Assembly (NCBI GenBank): GCA_963754315.1 | Contig: CAVWFS010000018.1 | Span: 128,001 to 192,000, forward strand | Reading direction: 5' to 3' | Source: an uncultured Candidatus Rokubacteria bacterium | GTDB lineage: Bacteria; Methylomirabilota; Methylomirabilia; Rokubacteriales; CSP1-6 | Length of the DNA stretch: 64,000 bases | The notes under the pieces: model-generated | The model's database searches: none | What the model was told of the DNA's origin: nothing | What the model saw: the letters and a program-made list of their open reading frames with translations, nothing else | Program-made: the position numbers and the translations under genes | In this document: piece after piece, positions 19,513-29,266 of the stretch | How positions within the stretch are numbered: the stretch's first letter is position 1 | How the letters are laid out: every line of letters starts with the position of its first letter

Positions 19513-19584
19513 TCCAGGCTCCTCGAGCGGCCGGCTGCTTGACGGGTAACGGCCGCCAGAGGAGTATAGCGGCGGAGGGCGTCC

Positions 19585-21114
19585 TTGAAGAAAGACATCG
19601 GGAGCCTGCGCTCGACCCTGGAGTATCTGGAAGCCATCGGTGAGGTCGTGACCACCGACGTGGAGGTCGATCCCCATCTCGAGGTCGCGGCCATCCAGAA
19701 GCACTTCGACGGCGGGGCGGCTCTCCTCTTCAACAAGGTCAAGGGGTACCCGAACGCGCGGATCTGCAACAATGTCTTCGCGAGCGCCGAGCGGCTGGCC
19801 AAGCTTCTCGACGTGGAGGATCCCCGACGGATCAAGCACCGGGCGGTGGAAGCGCTCCGCAATCCGATCCCGCCGGTCGAGGTCAGGGACGGGCCCTGCC
19901 AGGAAGTCGTGCTGACCAACAATTTCGACGTGTGGGATATCGTGCCCATGATCTCCCACGCCGACAGCGATCCCGGGCGCACGCTTGGCGCCGGCACCAC
20001 CGTGGTTCGCGGCAAGTACTTCTGGGGTGGCTCCCACATCGGCTACAACCGGATGAACTTCCGGGGACCAGACTTCTCGAGTTTCCAGATCTCCCCCGGT
20101 TCCCACATGGACCAGGTGGCCACCCATTGGTTCCGGCAGGGCCCCATCCCGATGACCATCAACATCGGAATACCTCCGACATGCACGATGATGGCGGGGG
20201 CCGGCTTCACGTACGTGATCTTGCCGCGCGGCTGCGACGAGCTCGGTGTGGCCGGCGCGCTGCAAGGCTACCCGGTGGAGCTGGTGAAGGCGCGCACGCA
20301 GGATGCCTGGGCAATCGCCAACGCCGAGTACGTCATCGAGGGTTACCTCGACACGAGCCAGAAAGTGTGGGAGAGCCCGCTGGCCGAGAAGGACGACGCC
20401 CAGGGAGTCCATCCCTTCCATCCGGAATGGTCGGGCTATATGGGTAAAGCGTACCGGACGTACAAGTTTCAGGCGACGGCGGTCACCCATCGCGCCGACC
20501 GGCCCCTCTACTACGGCCTTATCGTCCACGGAATGGACGAGCACTTCATCGACGGCCACATGCGCGAGGCGTGCTTTCTCGAGCTCGCCGAGCGAATCGT
20601 GCCTGGGCTCTGTGTCGACACGCACATCCCCATGGGCATGACCGACTGGGGCGGGGTCATCTTCCAGGTTCGTAAGCGACGAGCGCGCGACGAGGGACTC
20701 CAGCGCAACATCCTGAGCGCGGCCCTGTCGATCTCGTTGGGGGCCCGTCTCGGCATCGTGGTCGATGAGGACGTCGACATCTACAACATCGAAGACATCT
20801 TGTGGGCGCTCACCACGCGGGTGAACCCGAAGGAGGACATCCTGACCGTCTGCGAAGGTGGCTTCGGCCAGACGTTCCAACCGGCCGAGCGCAGCTCGGC
20901 CGGTGACCGCCAGTGGACGCAGGCCAACATCCGATTCTCAGGAGCGATGGGGATCGACGCCACCCGACCGTTCATCTACAAGGATGCCTTCGAGCGCGCC
21001 CGCTACAACATCGAGGTCGTGGACCTCGCCAAGTTCTACTCGCCGGAGCAGATCCGGCAGGCCCGGGCCGGGCAGCGCGACTACGCGAAGTTCCTGGCCG
21101 ACCGCGGGATTTGA
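19585..21114 (+). CDS. UbiD-family prFMN-dependent decarboxylase, phthaloyl-CoA decarboxylase-like
   Basis: UbiD features (EVDPHLE, AEYVIEGY, VDEDVDIY, WALTTRVNP, MGIDAT) plus GGSHIGYNRMNFR, FQISPGSHM, FHPEWSGYMGKAY, MTDWGG, GQTFQPAER; TTG start with GGAGG. Confidence 0.85.
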   Translation: MKKDIGSLRSTLEYLEAIGEVVTTDVEVDPHLEVAAIQKHFDGGAALLFNKVKGYPNARICNNVFASAERLAKLLDVEDPRRIKHRAVEALRNPIPPVEVRDGPCQEVVLTNNFDVWDIVPMISHADSDPGRTLGAGTTVVRGKYFWGGSHIGYNRMNFRGPDFSSFQISPGSHMDQVATHWFRQGPIPMTINIGIPPTCTMMAGAGFTYVILPRGCDELGVAGALQGYPVELVKARTQDAWAIANAEYVIEGYLDTSQKVWESPLAEKDDAQGVHPFHPEWSGYMGKAYRTYKFQATAVTHRADRPLYYGLIVHGMDEHFIDGHMREACFLELAERIVPGLCVDTHIPMGMTDWGGVIFQVRKRRARDEGLQRNILSAALSISLGARLGIVVDEDVDIYNIEDILWALTTRVNPKEDILTVCEGGFGQTFQPAERSSAGDRQWTQANIRFSGAMGIDATRPFIYKDAFERARYNIEVVDLAKFYSPEQIRQARAGQRDYAKFLADRGI

Positions 21115-21223
21115 TGAGCATCGGGGGGAGCGAGATTTGATTGAAATCGGGGGGAGCGGCGGCTCGCTCCCCCCGATGCCCCCCACCGGTTCGAACCGGA
21201 GGATTGCGCGGGCAAGCCCGCGC
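21108..21223. repeat. Intergenic REP-like hairpin cluster
   Basis: 17-bp perfect inverted repeat 21118-21134/21163-21179; second copy of atcggggggagcg at 21146; palindrome ccggttcgaaccgg 21186-21199; hairpin gcgcgggc-aa-gcccgcgc 21206-21223. Confidence 0.7.
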
Positions 21224-21271
21224 TCGAAAGCGCACCCACGACACGTGCGCTCTGTTGAATTGGCTTGAGCG

Positions 21272-22819
21272 ATGACCGACTCTGGTCCCGGCGCCTACAC
21301 TGATTTCAACACCCTTCTCGAGGAGCATGCGCGCCGGCAGCCGGACAAGATCTTCATCGAGAGTCCGGATCAAAGATCGTCCATCAGCTTCGGGGAGTTC
21401 GAGGCGCTGACGCGTCGGCTGGCCAACCTCCTGGCCGCCGAGGGCCTCCATCCCGGTGACCGCGTCTCTATCCTCTCGGGGAACGGGATCGAGGCGCTGG
21501 CGATCTTCTGGGGGGCTCTTCGCAGCGGCGTGATTGTCAACCCCATCAACGTGGAAATTCGCCAGACCCACGTCCAGCACATTCTCCAGGAGGTGGCCCC
21601 GCGGCTCATCTTGTGGAGCCGTGAGCTCGGAGAAGAGGTGCGGGCGCTTGGCCAGGATGTGGCGGCGACGATCGCGTTCGGGTCCTGGAACGCCGCCGAC
21701 CCGGCCGCCGACGACCTCTTCGCCCGCGTGGGCGAGGCGTCGGACGCTTCGGTGGCCGCCCGCCCCGAGCGGGGCGACTGGTCGCTGATCGACTACACCT
21801 CGGGTACCACCGACAGGCCCAAGGGCGCCATCTGGACTCAGGAGGCGTACTACGCGATGTGCGAGTCGACCGTCGACCGCCTGGGGATCACGGGGACCGA
21901 CACGATCCTCGACTACCGACACTTCAGCTGGTCGTCCCCCCAGATTCTGTCCATCGGCCCCAGCATGCTGACCGGCGGCACGTTGGTCCTGGCGCAAAAA
22001 TTTTCCCAGACGCAGTTCTTCGGGTGGGTCCAGAACCACGGCGTCACCGTCGCCGTCGGCATTCCCGCCGTCATCAACATGCTCTTGGCCCGCCCGGTGG
22101 CGATCACCAAAGCCGAGCTGCCGACACTTCGCTTCATGACCTCGAGCACAGCCCCCCTCTCCCTCGACAAGCATCTCGAGTTCGAAGCGACGTACGGGAT
22201 TCCCATCGTCCAGCTCGCCGGCGGCACCGAGACCGGCTTCATGTGCGGCAACCATCCGGATCTGCGCAAGCACGGCTCGATCGGCCGGCCCACCCGCAAC
22301 ATGCGGGTACGCATCCTCGACGATTCGGGCGCGGAGCAGCCGCCGGGCGAAGAGGGCGAGATGGTGGTCAGCGGCCGGCAGATGGCATCGGCCTACTGGC
22401 AGGGTCCAGACCGGCTCGTCACCATCCCGCAGGACGGCTTCCGGACGGGCGACCTCGCTCGGCGTGATGCGGACGGGTACGTCTACATCACCGGACGGAA
22501 GAAGGACATCATCATCAAGGGCGGCGTCAACATCGCGTCGCTGGAGATCGCAAACTGCCTGCTGGAGCACCCGGACGTGGCCGAGGCCGGCGCCCTCGGC
22601 GTCACGGACGACATCTACGGTGAGGTGCCGGTCGGGGTCGTGAGCCTTCGCCCGGAACGGAGCGCGCCGGAGGCGGCATTGCTGGCGCACTGCCGGACGA
22701 AGCTGGTGGCCTTCAAAGTGCCCGCCGCTGTCCTCGTCGTGGCCGCGATCCCCAAGAACGCCAACGGTAAGATCGACCGCCAGGCCCTGACCACTCTCTG
22801 GGAGGCGCGGAGGCCCTGA
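21272..22819 (+). CDS. AMP-forming acyl/aryl-CoA ligase (class I adenylate-forming enzyme)
   Basis: YTSGTTDRPKG, GGTE, FRTGD, GRKKDIIIKGG, PKNANGKIDR. Confidence 0.9.
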   Translation: MTDSGPGAYTDFNTLLEEHARRQPDKIFIESPDQRSSISFGEFEALTRRLANLLAAEGLHPGDRVSILSGNGIEALAIFWGALRSGVIVNPINVEIRQTHVQHILQEVAPRLILWSRELGEEVRALGQDVAATIAFGSWNAADPAADDLFARVGEASDASVAARPERGDWSLIDYTSGTTDRPKGAIWTQEAYYAMCESTVDRLGITGTDTILDYRHFSWSSPQILSIGPSMLTGGTLVLAQKFSQTQFFGWVQNHGVTVAVGIPAVINMLLARPVAITKAELPTLRFMTSSTAPLSLDKHLEFEATYGIPIVQLAGGTETGFMCGNHPDLRKHGSIGRPTRNMRVRILDDSGAEQPPGEEGEMVVSGRQMASAYWQGPDRLVTIPQDGFRTGDLARRDADGYVYITGRKKDIIIKGGVNIASLEIANCLLEHPDVAEAGALGVTDDIYGEVPVGVVSLRPERSAPEAALLAHCRTKLVAFKVPAAVLVVAAIPKNANGKIDRQALTTLWEARRP

Positions 22820-22931
22820 GCCAGGCCCTGAGCTATTGGTGCGACTACGTGTGTCGTGCTCGCTTCTGTTACCGGCCCCTTCTCCTCGAGAAAGGCTTCG
22901 CATATACTCGGGCAACTCAACCCCGCGTCGA

Positions 22932-23690
22932 ATGCCAATCCTGAGTGTTCGGAACATCACCGTTCGCTTCGGCGGGATCGTCGCACTCGACGATGTCTCG
23001 TTCGATGTCGAGCCTCGTCAGATCGTCGGCTTGATCGGGCCCAACGGAGCTGGCAAGACGACCTTATTCAATTGCCTCTCGCGCCTCTACCGTCCGTCGG
23101 CCGGGAGCATTCTCTTCGAAGGTCATGACCTGCTCCAGGCTCCGTCGCACCGGATCGCTCGGCTCGGAATCGGGCGGACGTTCCAGAACCTCGCGCTGTT
23201 CGGGAGCATGACGGTCCTCGACAACGTCAAGGTTGGGGCACACTGCCGGACACGAAGCGGGTTTCTCGCCAACGCCTTGCGGCTGCCGGGGGTTCGCCGG
23301 GAGGAGCAGGCGCAGGAGAGCGCCGTGGCCGACGTGATCCGGTTCGTGGGCCTCGAGGACATTGCGGGGGTGCCAGCGGCAGGCCTGCCCTTCGCCACTC
23401 TCAAACGGGTCGAAGCGGCGCGGGCCATGGCCGCGCAACCCAAGCTTCTCCTGCTCGATGAGCCGGCCGGCGGTCTCAACCACGAGGAAGTCGAGACCTT
23501 GGGCCGCCTCATCCAGCAGATCCGGGACCGGCTCGGTGTGACCATCCTCCTCGTGGAACACCACATGAACCTGGTCATGCAGGTGTCCGACCGGGTCGTG
23601 GTCCTGGACTTCGGCAGACGCATCGCCGAGGGGACGCCGGCCCAGGTGCAGCGCGATCCCGAGGTCATCAAGGCCTACCTGGGCGAATAG
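22932..23690 (+). CDS. livG: Liv-type ABC transporter ATP-binding protein
   Basis: GPNGAGKTT, GIGRTFQN, LLLDEPAGG, VEHHM, AYLG. Confidence 0.85.
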   Translation: MPILSVRNITVRFGGIVALDDVSFDVEPRQIVGLIGPNGAGKTTLFNCLSRLYRPSAGSILFEGHDLLQAPSHRIARLGIGRTFQNLALFGSMTVLDNVKVGAHCRTRSGFLANALRLPGVRREEQAQESAVADVIRFVGLEDIAGVPAAGLPFATLKRVEAARAMAAQPKLLLLDEPAGGLNHEEVETLGRLIQQIRDRLGVTILLVEHHMNLVMQVSDRVVVLDFGRRIAEGTPAQVQRDPEVIKAYLGE

Positions 23691-24404
23691 ATGGGAGTCA
23701 TCCTCGAGGTCGAGAACCTGGAAGCCTTCTACGGGCGCACCAAGGCCTTGCATGGGGTCAGCTTCTCCATGGAGGAAGGCGGGATCACGACCGTATTGGG
23801 CGCCAACGGGGCCGGCAAGACCACCACCCTGCGGGCCATCTCGGCGATGGTACGGACCGCCGGGTCCATTCGCTTTGCCGGCAACCGGATCGACGGCCGA
23901 ACCACCGAGACCATCGTCGCGCTCGGCATCGCCCAGGTTCCGGAGGGCCGTGGGACCTTCGTCGACCTCACCGTGGAGGAAAATCTCCGGCTGGGCGCCT
24001 ACGCGCGACGCGACAAGCGGGGCTTCGGCGCAGATCTGGAGCGCGTATTCGGCTACTTTCCCATCTTGCGGGAGCGGCGACGGCAGGTCGCGGGCACGCT
24101 GTCCGGAGGCGAGCAGCAGATGCTGGCGGTGGCCAGGGCCCTCATGCTTCGACCGCGGCTCCTGCTGCTGGACGAGCCGTCGCTAGGACTGGCGCCCCTC
24201 ATCGTCCGGGGGATCTTTCGAATTTTACAAGCCATCAACCGTGAAGCCGGTGTGAGCGTGCTGCTCGTCGAGCAGAACGCGTCGCTCGCGCTCGACCTCG
24301 CCGACCACGTGTTCCTGCTGGAGACCGGCCGCATGGTGCTGTCCGGGACGTCCGACGTCCTCAAGCAAAACGACGCCATTCGGCGCTCGTACCTCGGGTA
24401 CTGA
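23691..24404 (+). CDS. livF: Liv-type ABC transporter ATP-binding protein
   Basis: GANGAGKTT, VPEGR, LSGGEQQM, LLDEPSLGLAP, VEQNA. Confidence 0.85.
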   Translation: MGVILEVENLEAFYGRTKALHGVSFSMEEGGITTVLGANGAGKTTTLRAISAMVRTAGSIRFAGNRIDGRTTETIVALGIAQVPEGRGTFVDLTVEENLRLGAYARRDKRGFGADLERVFGYFPILRERRRQVAGTLSGGEQQMLAVARALMLRPRLLLLDEPSLGLAPLIVRGIFRILQAINREAGVSVLLVEQNASLALDLADHVFLLETGRMVLSGTSDVLKQNDAIRRSYLGY

Positions 24405-24406
24405 CA

Positions 24407-25288
24407 ATGGAGGTCTTCATCCAGCAAGTGGCGTCGGGGCTCGCCACCGGGGGTATCTACGCGAGCCTCGCGCTCGCCCTCGTCATGATTTACCAGGCCA
24501 CCGACGTCGTGAACTTTGCTCAGGGCGAGATGGCGATGTTCTCCACCTACCTGGCCTGGTCCATGCTTCAGGCCGGAGTGCCGTACTGGGTGGCTTTTCT
24601 CCTGACCGTGATCTTCGCGTTCACGGGCGGGATCGCCATCCAGCGGGTGATTATCCGGCCGGTCGAGAACAAGCCGATCCTCACCATCGTGATCGTGACC
24701 CTCGGCCTTCTCGTGATCTGCAACAGTGTCGCGGGCTGGATCTGGACGTACGTGCAGAAGCCGTTTCCGAGCCCGTTTCCGGCCAAGCCCTTGCGAGTAG
24801 GCACCATCGTCTTCGGCGCCCACGACCTCGGCGAGATTGCGGTGACCCTGGTCGTCCTTCTGCTGCTCTACGGCTTCTTCCGCTACACTCCCCTCGGTCT
24901 GGCCATGCGAGCGGCAGCGCAGAATCCCGTGTCGAGCCGGCTCGTCGGCATCCGGGTGAGCTGGATGCTTGCCCTCGGCTGGGGCTTAGCGGCGGCCTTC
25001 GGTGCGGTGGCCGGTCTGATGGTGGCTCCCATCCTGACGCTCGAGCCCAATATGATGGGCGGGATCCAGATCTACGCCTTCGCGGCCGCGACCCTCGGCG
25101 GGTTCACGAGCCCGGTGGGGGCGGTGGTGGGTGGCTTCATCGTGGGCGTCGTCGAGAACCTGGTGGGGACCTACGTGAAGTTCATCGGCACCGAGCTCAA
25201 GCTCACCGTGGCCCTGGCCATGATTATCGTGGTGCTCCTCGTCAAGCCGAGCGGACTCTTTGGCCGCTCCCAGGTGAGGCGCGTGTGA
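24407..25288 (+). CDS. livH: Liv-type ABC transporter permease
   Basis: VVNFAQGE, GLAMRAAAQN, multiple TM helices. Confidence 0.85.
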   Translation: MEVFIQQVASGLATGGIYASLALALVMIYQATDVVNFAQGEMAMFSTYLAWSMLQAGVPYWVAFLLTVIFAFTGGIAIQRVIIRPVENKPILTIVIVTLGLLVICNSVAGWIWTYVQKPFPSPFPAKPLRVGTIVFGAHDLGEIAVTLVVLLLLYGFFRYTPLGLAMRAAAQNPVSSRLVGIRVSWMLALGWGLAAAFGAVAGLMVAPILTLEPNMMGGIQIYAFAAATLGGFTSPVGAVVGGFIVGVVENLVGTYVKFIGTELKLTVALAMIIVVLLVKPSGLFGRSQVRRV

Positions 25289-26289
25289 GCCGGGGTCTGC
25301 GGGTCGGACTGGCGGTGGTGGTCGTGGCCGTCGCAGCCATCCTGCCCTTGTTCCTGAGCGGGTTCCGCCTCTTTCAGTTCACGCAGGTCTTCATCTATGC
25401 CATCTCGCTGATGGGCCTGAACCTCCTGACCGGCTACAACGGCCAGATCTCTCTCGGCCACGGCGCCTTCTATGCCCTCGGTGCGTACACCACGGCGATC
25501 CTGATCGAGCACTTCGGCGTCGGCTACGGCTGGACCATCCCGCTGGCGGGGCTTCTCTGCTTGATCGTCGGCTTCCTCTTCGGCCTTCCCGCTCTCCGCC
25601 TCGAGGGACTTTACCTCGCGCTGGCAACCTTCTCCCTCGCCCTGGCCGTGCCCCAGATTCTCAAGTATTTCGAGGAGTGGACGGGGGGATCGCAGGGCAT
25701 CGTGCTCACCAAGCCCAAGGCGCCCTGGGGGCTCAAGCTGACGGAGGATCAGTGGCTCTACTACCTCACCCTGACGGTCACGGTGGTCATGTTCGTCCTC
25801 GCCGCCAACCTGATCCGGGGGCGCATCGGGAGGGCGATGATCGCGATCCGCGATAACCACATTGCCGCCGAGGTCATGGGCGTCAATAGCGCACTGGTCA
25901 AATCCGGTACGTTCGGGGTCAGCGCGGCGTATACGGGGGTGGCCGGGGCCCTCTCGGCGGTGGCCATCGCCTTCGTGGCCCCCGATTCATTCAACGTCTT
26001 TCTCAGCATCACCTTCCTCATCGGCATCGTCATTGGCGGACTGGCCTCCGTGTGGGGAAACGTGTTCGGCGCCCTCTTCGTCCAGTTCGTGCCGAACTGG
26101 GCGCAAGACATTTCCAAGGCCGCGCCGTGGGCCATCTTTGGCATTTTTCTGATCGGGTTCATGTACACCATGCCCTACGGTATCGCCGGGGCCATCCGGC
26201 GGCTCTGGATCCGCTGGAGCGTTTCGCCAGTTTCCAGGAGAAGGGGAGGTGACGCGGTCGCCTCGCAGGCGAAGTTCCCCACGAGCTGA
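25285..26289 (+). CDS. livM: Liv-type ABC transporter permease
   Basis: GLNLLTGYNGQISLGHGAF, LRLEGLYLALAT, GRAMIAIRDN; GTGA overlap. Confidence 0.85.
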   Translation: MSRGLRVGLAVVVVAVAAILPLFLSGFRLFQFTQVFIYAISLMGLNLLTGYNGQISLGHGAFYALGAYTTAILIEHFGVGYGWTIPLAGLLCLIVGFLFGLPALRLEGLYLALATFSLALAVPQILKYFEEWTGGSQGIVLTKPKAPWGLKLTEDQWLYYLTLTVTVVMFVLAANLIRGRIGRAMIAIRDNHIAAEVMGVNSALVKSGTFGVSAAYTGVAGALSAVAIAFVAPDSFNVFLSITFLIGIVIGGLASVWGNVFGALFVQFVPNWAQDISKAAPWAIFGIFLIGFMYTMPYGIAGAIRRLWIRWSVSPVSRRRGGDAVASQAKFPTS

Positions 26290-26316
26290 CATCATCTACT
26301 TTCAGGGAGGACAAAC

Positions 26317-27534
26317 ATGATTGGACGCAAGCTTGCTGCCCTGGCCTTGGCCTCGGCTCTGGCTGGGATCGGTGGCGCTGCGGTCGGCGACGCCCAAACG
26401 GTGGTCGGTGTCACGGCCACCGAGATCAAGGTCGGCAATACCAACCCCTACAGCGGCCCCGCTTCGGCGTACGGCACCATCGGGAAGGTCATCGGGGCCT
26501 ATTTCAAGAAGGTGAACGATGAGGGCGGTATCAACGGGCGCAAGGTGAACTACATCACCTTGGACGACGGCTATAGCCCGCCCAAGACGGTGGAGATGGT
26601 CCGGCGACTCGTCGAGCAGGATCAGGTGGCGCTCGTGTTCCAGACCCTGGGGACCCCCACCAATACCGCCATCCACAAGTACGTCAACCAGCAGAAGGTG
26701 CCCCACCTCTTCGTGGCCACCGGCGCCACCAAGTGGAACGATCCGAAGAACTTCCCGTGGACGATGGGCTTCCAGCCCAACTACCAGACCGAGGGACGGG
26801 TCTACGCCGCCTACATCCTCAAGAACATCCCCGACGCGAAGATCGGCATCCTCTTCCAGAACGACGACTACGGCAAGGACTACGTCAAGGGCTTCGAGGA
26901 CGGCCTCGGGGAGGCGGCCAAGAAGCTCATCGTGTCCAAGCAGAGCCACGAGGTCACCGACCCGACCATCGATTCTCAGGTCATCAATCTGAAAAGTTCG
27001 GGGGCCAATGTCTTCTTCAACGTGACCATCCCCAAGTTCGCCGTGCAGGCAATCAAGAAGGCGCACGACATCGGCTGGAAGCCGACGCACTTTCTGAACA
27101 ACGTGTCGAGCTCGCTCAGCACCGTGCTCAAGCCGGCCGGGCTGGAGGCCTCCAAGGGCCTCATCACGGCGCTGTACATGAAGGAAGTCACCGATCCTCA
27201 GTGGCGCAACGACAAGGCCATGCAGGAGTGGGTGGCCTTCATGAAGAAGTACTACCCGGAAGGGGCTCTTGATGACCAGTCGAACGGCTACGGTTACAAC
27301 GTGGCCATCCTGATGACGCACGTCCTCAAGCAGTGCGGCAACGACCTGTCGCGCGAGAACATCATGCGGCAGGCGGCCAACCTCAAGGACGTCGACCTAC
27401 CGCTCCTCCTGCCTGGCATCAAGGTCAACACGAGCGCGACCGACTTCGCACCCATCGAGCAGGAGCAACTGGCCCGCTTCGATGGCGAGCGCTGGGTGGC
27501 GTTCGGCGATCTGTTCGACGCGTACCGCAGGTAA
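26317..27534 (+). CDS. ABC transporter substrate-binding protein (branched-chain amino acid / aromatic acid binding family)
   Basis: GGAGG RBS; signal peptide; EIKVGNTNPYSGPASAYG, GGINGRK, DDGYSPPKT. Confidence 0.9.
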   Translation: MIGRKLAALALASALAGIGGAAVGDAQTVVGVTATEIKVGNTNPYSGPASAYGTIGKVIGAYFKKVNDEGGINGRKVNYITLDDGYSPPKTVEMVRRLVEQDQVALVFQTLGTPTNTAIHKYVNQQKVPHLFVATGATKWNDPKNFPWTMGFQPNYQTEGRVYAAYILKNIPDAKIGILFQNDDYGKDYVKGFEDGLGEAAKKLIVSKQSHEVTDPTIDSQVINLKSSGANVFFNVTIPKFAVQAIKKAHDIGWKPTHFLNNVSSSLSTVLKPAGLEASKGLITALYMKEVTDPQWRNDKAMQEWVAFMKKYYPEGALDDQSNGYGYNVAILMTHVLKQCGNDLSRENIMRQAANLKDVDLPLLLPGIKVNTSATDFAPIEQEQLARFDGERWVAFGDLFDAYRR

Positions 27535-27544
27535 GGATTGTGCG

Positions 27545-27587
27545 GCGGCCGGTGCCTTCGCCTCCAAGGGGGTGGGGCACCGGTCGC
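27545..27587. terminator. GC-rich hairpin between convergent genes (possible terminator)
   Basis: gcggccggtgcc (27545-27556) pairs with ggcaccggtcgc (27576-27587); no clear U-tract. Confidence 0.4.
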
Positions 27588-27603
27588 GTCGTGGCGCCAG
27601 GGA

Positions 27604-27870
27604 TCAGCGCGACCAGATCACCCACAGCCCGATCAGGATGAAGGCGAGCCCCGCCACCATCTTCACGTGGCGGGCTGGGAGCCATGCGCCGAGCTGGCTA
27701 CCAACCAGGACCGCCAGCCCGCTGGAGATCACGAGGGCAGCCGCAGCCGCGAGGAACACCCCCGTTCGGTTGACGTCGGGGTTGGTGGCGAACATCAGAG
27801 TTGCCAGCTGCGTCTTATCACCCAATTCAGCTAAGAAGACACTGACGAACACCGCCGCATAGCTTCTCAT
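27604..27870 (-). CDS. TMEM165/GDT1 (UPF0016) family, single-repeat membrane protein
   Basis: Signature FLAELGDKTQLAT; three TM helices. Confidence 0.85.
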   Translation of the reverse strand: MRSYAAVFVSVFLAELGDKTQLATLMFATNPDVNRTGVFLAAAAALVISSGLAVLVGSQLGAWLPARHVKMVAGLAFILIGLWVIWSR

Positions 27871-28016
27871 CGGCCTCTCCACGGAGCCCTCGACGGGAGT
27901 CATGTGCCTGTCGACATTCCTTGCCCGCGCCGACTCTCCGGCACCGGCTGGCGGCGCCTCGCCTTCCGGAAGGCCACCTCCACCTATTGCCGAAATTCAA
28001 GGAGGTGGTACGAGCG

Positions 28017-29234
28017 TCAGTGAGCCACGCTCGGAGTGGGCAACCCAACCGCCAGCGGCCGCGGTGGGCGAAACGTGAACGCGATGGCCACTGCCCCCAG
28101 CCCAATGCCAAACGAGCCGATGAACAGCCAGAAGTAGCTGCCGAACGAGTCGTATAGCCAGCCGCCCGCCCACGGCCCGAGCGCCATACCCAGGGTTGAC
28201 ACAAAGGCGACTGCGCCGAGCACCGTCCCCACGATCCGGGCGCCGAAGTACTCACGAACGAGGATCGCGTAGAGGGGCATCACGCCGCCGTAGGCGAGGC
28301 CGAACATCATGGCGAGCGCGTAGAAGCCCGCGAGCTCACGCACCACGAGGTAGAGGCTGACGGCGGCTGCTTGCACGGCGAGTCCGGCCAGCAGTGTCCG
28401 CTTGGCGCCCACGCGGTCGGCCACGAGCCCGCAGATGATGCGCCCGCTCAGTGAGGCCAGACCCGCCACTCCGAAAACGGTCGCGGCCGCCATCGCCGGC
28501 ACGCCGTGATCGATCGCGTTGGTGACCATGTGGAAGATAGGGCCCGAGTGCGCCGCGCAGCAGGCAAAGTGCGTGAGCGAGATCGCGACGAACTGCGGCG
28601 TGCGTAGGGCTTCGGCCGCCGTGAATTCCCGGCCTCCCGTGCTCGCCGTTGACGTGGCCACGACCGCCGCCGTCGGGGCGGGGCGTACGAGCAAGGCCGT
28701 GGGAATGATGAGGAGCCAGGCGAGGTCGCCGAGCACCATCATGGCGGTGCGCCAGTCGTAGTTGGTGATGATCCAGCGAGCGAGGGGGGCCATGGTCATG
28801 GAGCCGAGGCCCATCCCCGCCGAGACGAGGGCGACGGCGAGGCTACGATGCTGCGTGAACCAACGGGTGGTCACGGCCGTCATGGGAGCGTAGAAGCTGC
28901 CGGCGGCGGCCCCCACCAGCACTCCGAAGAGGATCTGGAACTGTACGAGGGTGGCCGCCTGGCTGGCGGCGACCAGACCGAGTCCCAAGAGGGCACCGCC
29001 CGCGAGCAGGACCACGCGTGTCCCTAGCCGATCGGAAAGCGCTCCCCAGAAGAACGACGCGATGCCCATGCTGAGGAAATTGAGCAGCGCGGCCGTGGAA
29101 ACGCCCATGCGCGACCAGCCCATCGTGTCCACCATGGGCTGCAGGAACACGCTGAGCGACATCATGGTGCCGATCCCGATGCAGGTGACGACGATACCCA
29201 CGCCGACGATGACCCAGCCGTAGAAGAGCTTCAT
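28017..29234 (-). CDS. MFS transporter
   Basis: FYGWVIV start; GALSDRLGTR and GLVADRVGAKR MFS motifs; about 12 TM helices. Confidence 0.9.
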   Translation of the reverse strand: MKLFYGWVIVGVGIVVTCIGIGTMMSLSVFLQPMVDTMGWSRMGVSTAALLNFLSMGIASFFWGALSDRLGTRVVLLAGGALLGLGLVAASQAATLVQFQILFGVLVGAAAGSFYAPMTAVTTRWFTQHRSLAVALVSAGMGLGSMTMAPLARWIITNYDWRTAMMVLGDLAWLLIIPTALLVRPAPTAAVVATSTASTGGREFTAAEALRTPQFVAISLTHFACCAAHSGPIFHMVTNAIDHGVPAMAAATVFGVAGLASLSGRIICGLVADRVGAKRTLLAGLAVQAAAVSLYLVVRELAGFYALAMMFGLAYGGVMPLYAILVREYFGARIVGTVLGAVAFVSTLGMALGPWAGGWLYDSFGSYFWLFIGSFGIGLGAVAIAFTFRPPRPLAVGLPTPSVAH

Positions 29235-29266
29235 GGCTGCTGGCCGGCCTTCACACGATCACGCAT
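29231..29266 (-). other. Short leader ORF MRDRVKAGQQP coupled (ATGA) to the MFS gene
   Basis: GGAGGGG upstream of ATG 29266; its TGA overlaps MFS ATG 29234, which has no SD of its own. Confidence 0.4.

Noticed and set aside
19513..20880. Long N-terminal extension of the DinB ORF (617 aa as called)
   Set aside because: It overlaps ubiD on the opposite strand; DinB similarity starts at ATG 19512
20972..22960. 662-aa minus-strand ORF and similar long antisense ORFs (9715..11286, 38087..39586, 55696..57066)
   Set aside because: They lie opposite well-supported genes and have no recognisable motifs
27871..28016. Possible yybP-ykoY Mn riboswitch upstream of the GDT1-family gene
   Set aside because: Hairpins are present but I could not find the conserved riboswitch core; an Rfam scan would be needed
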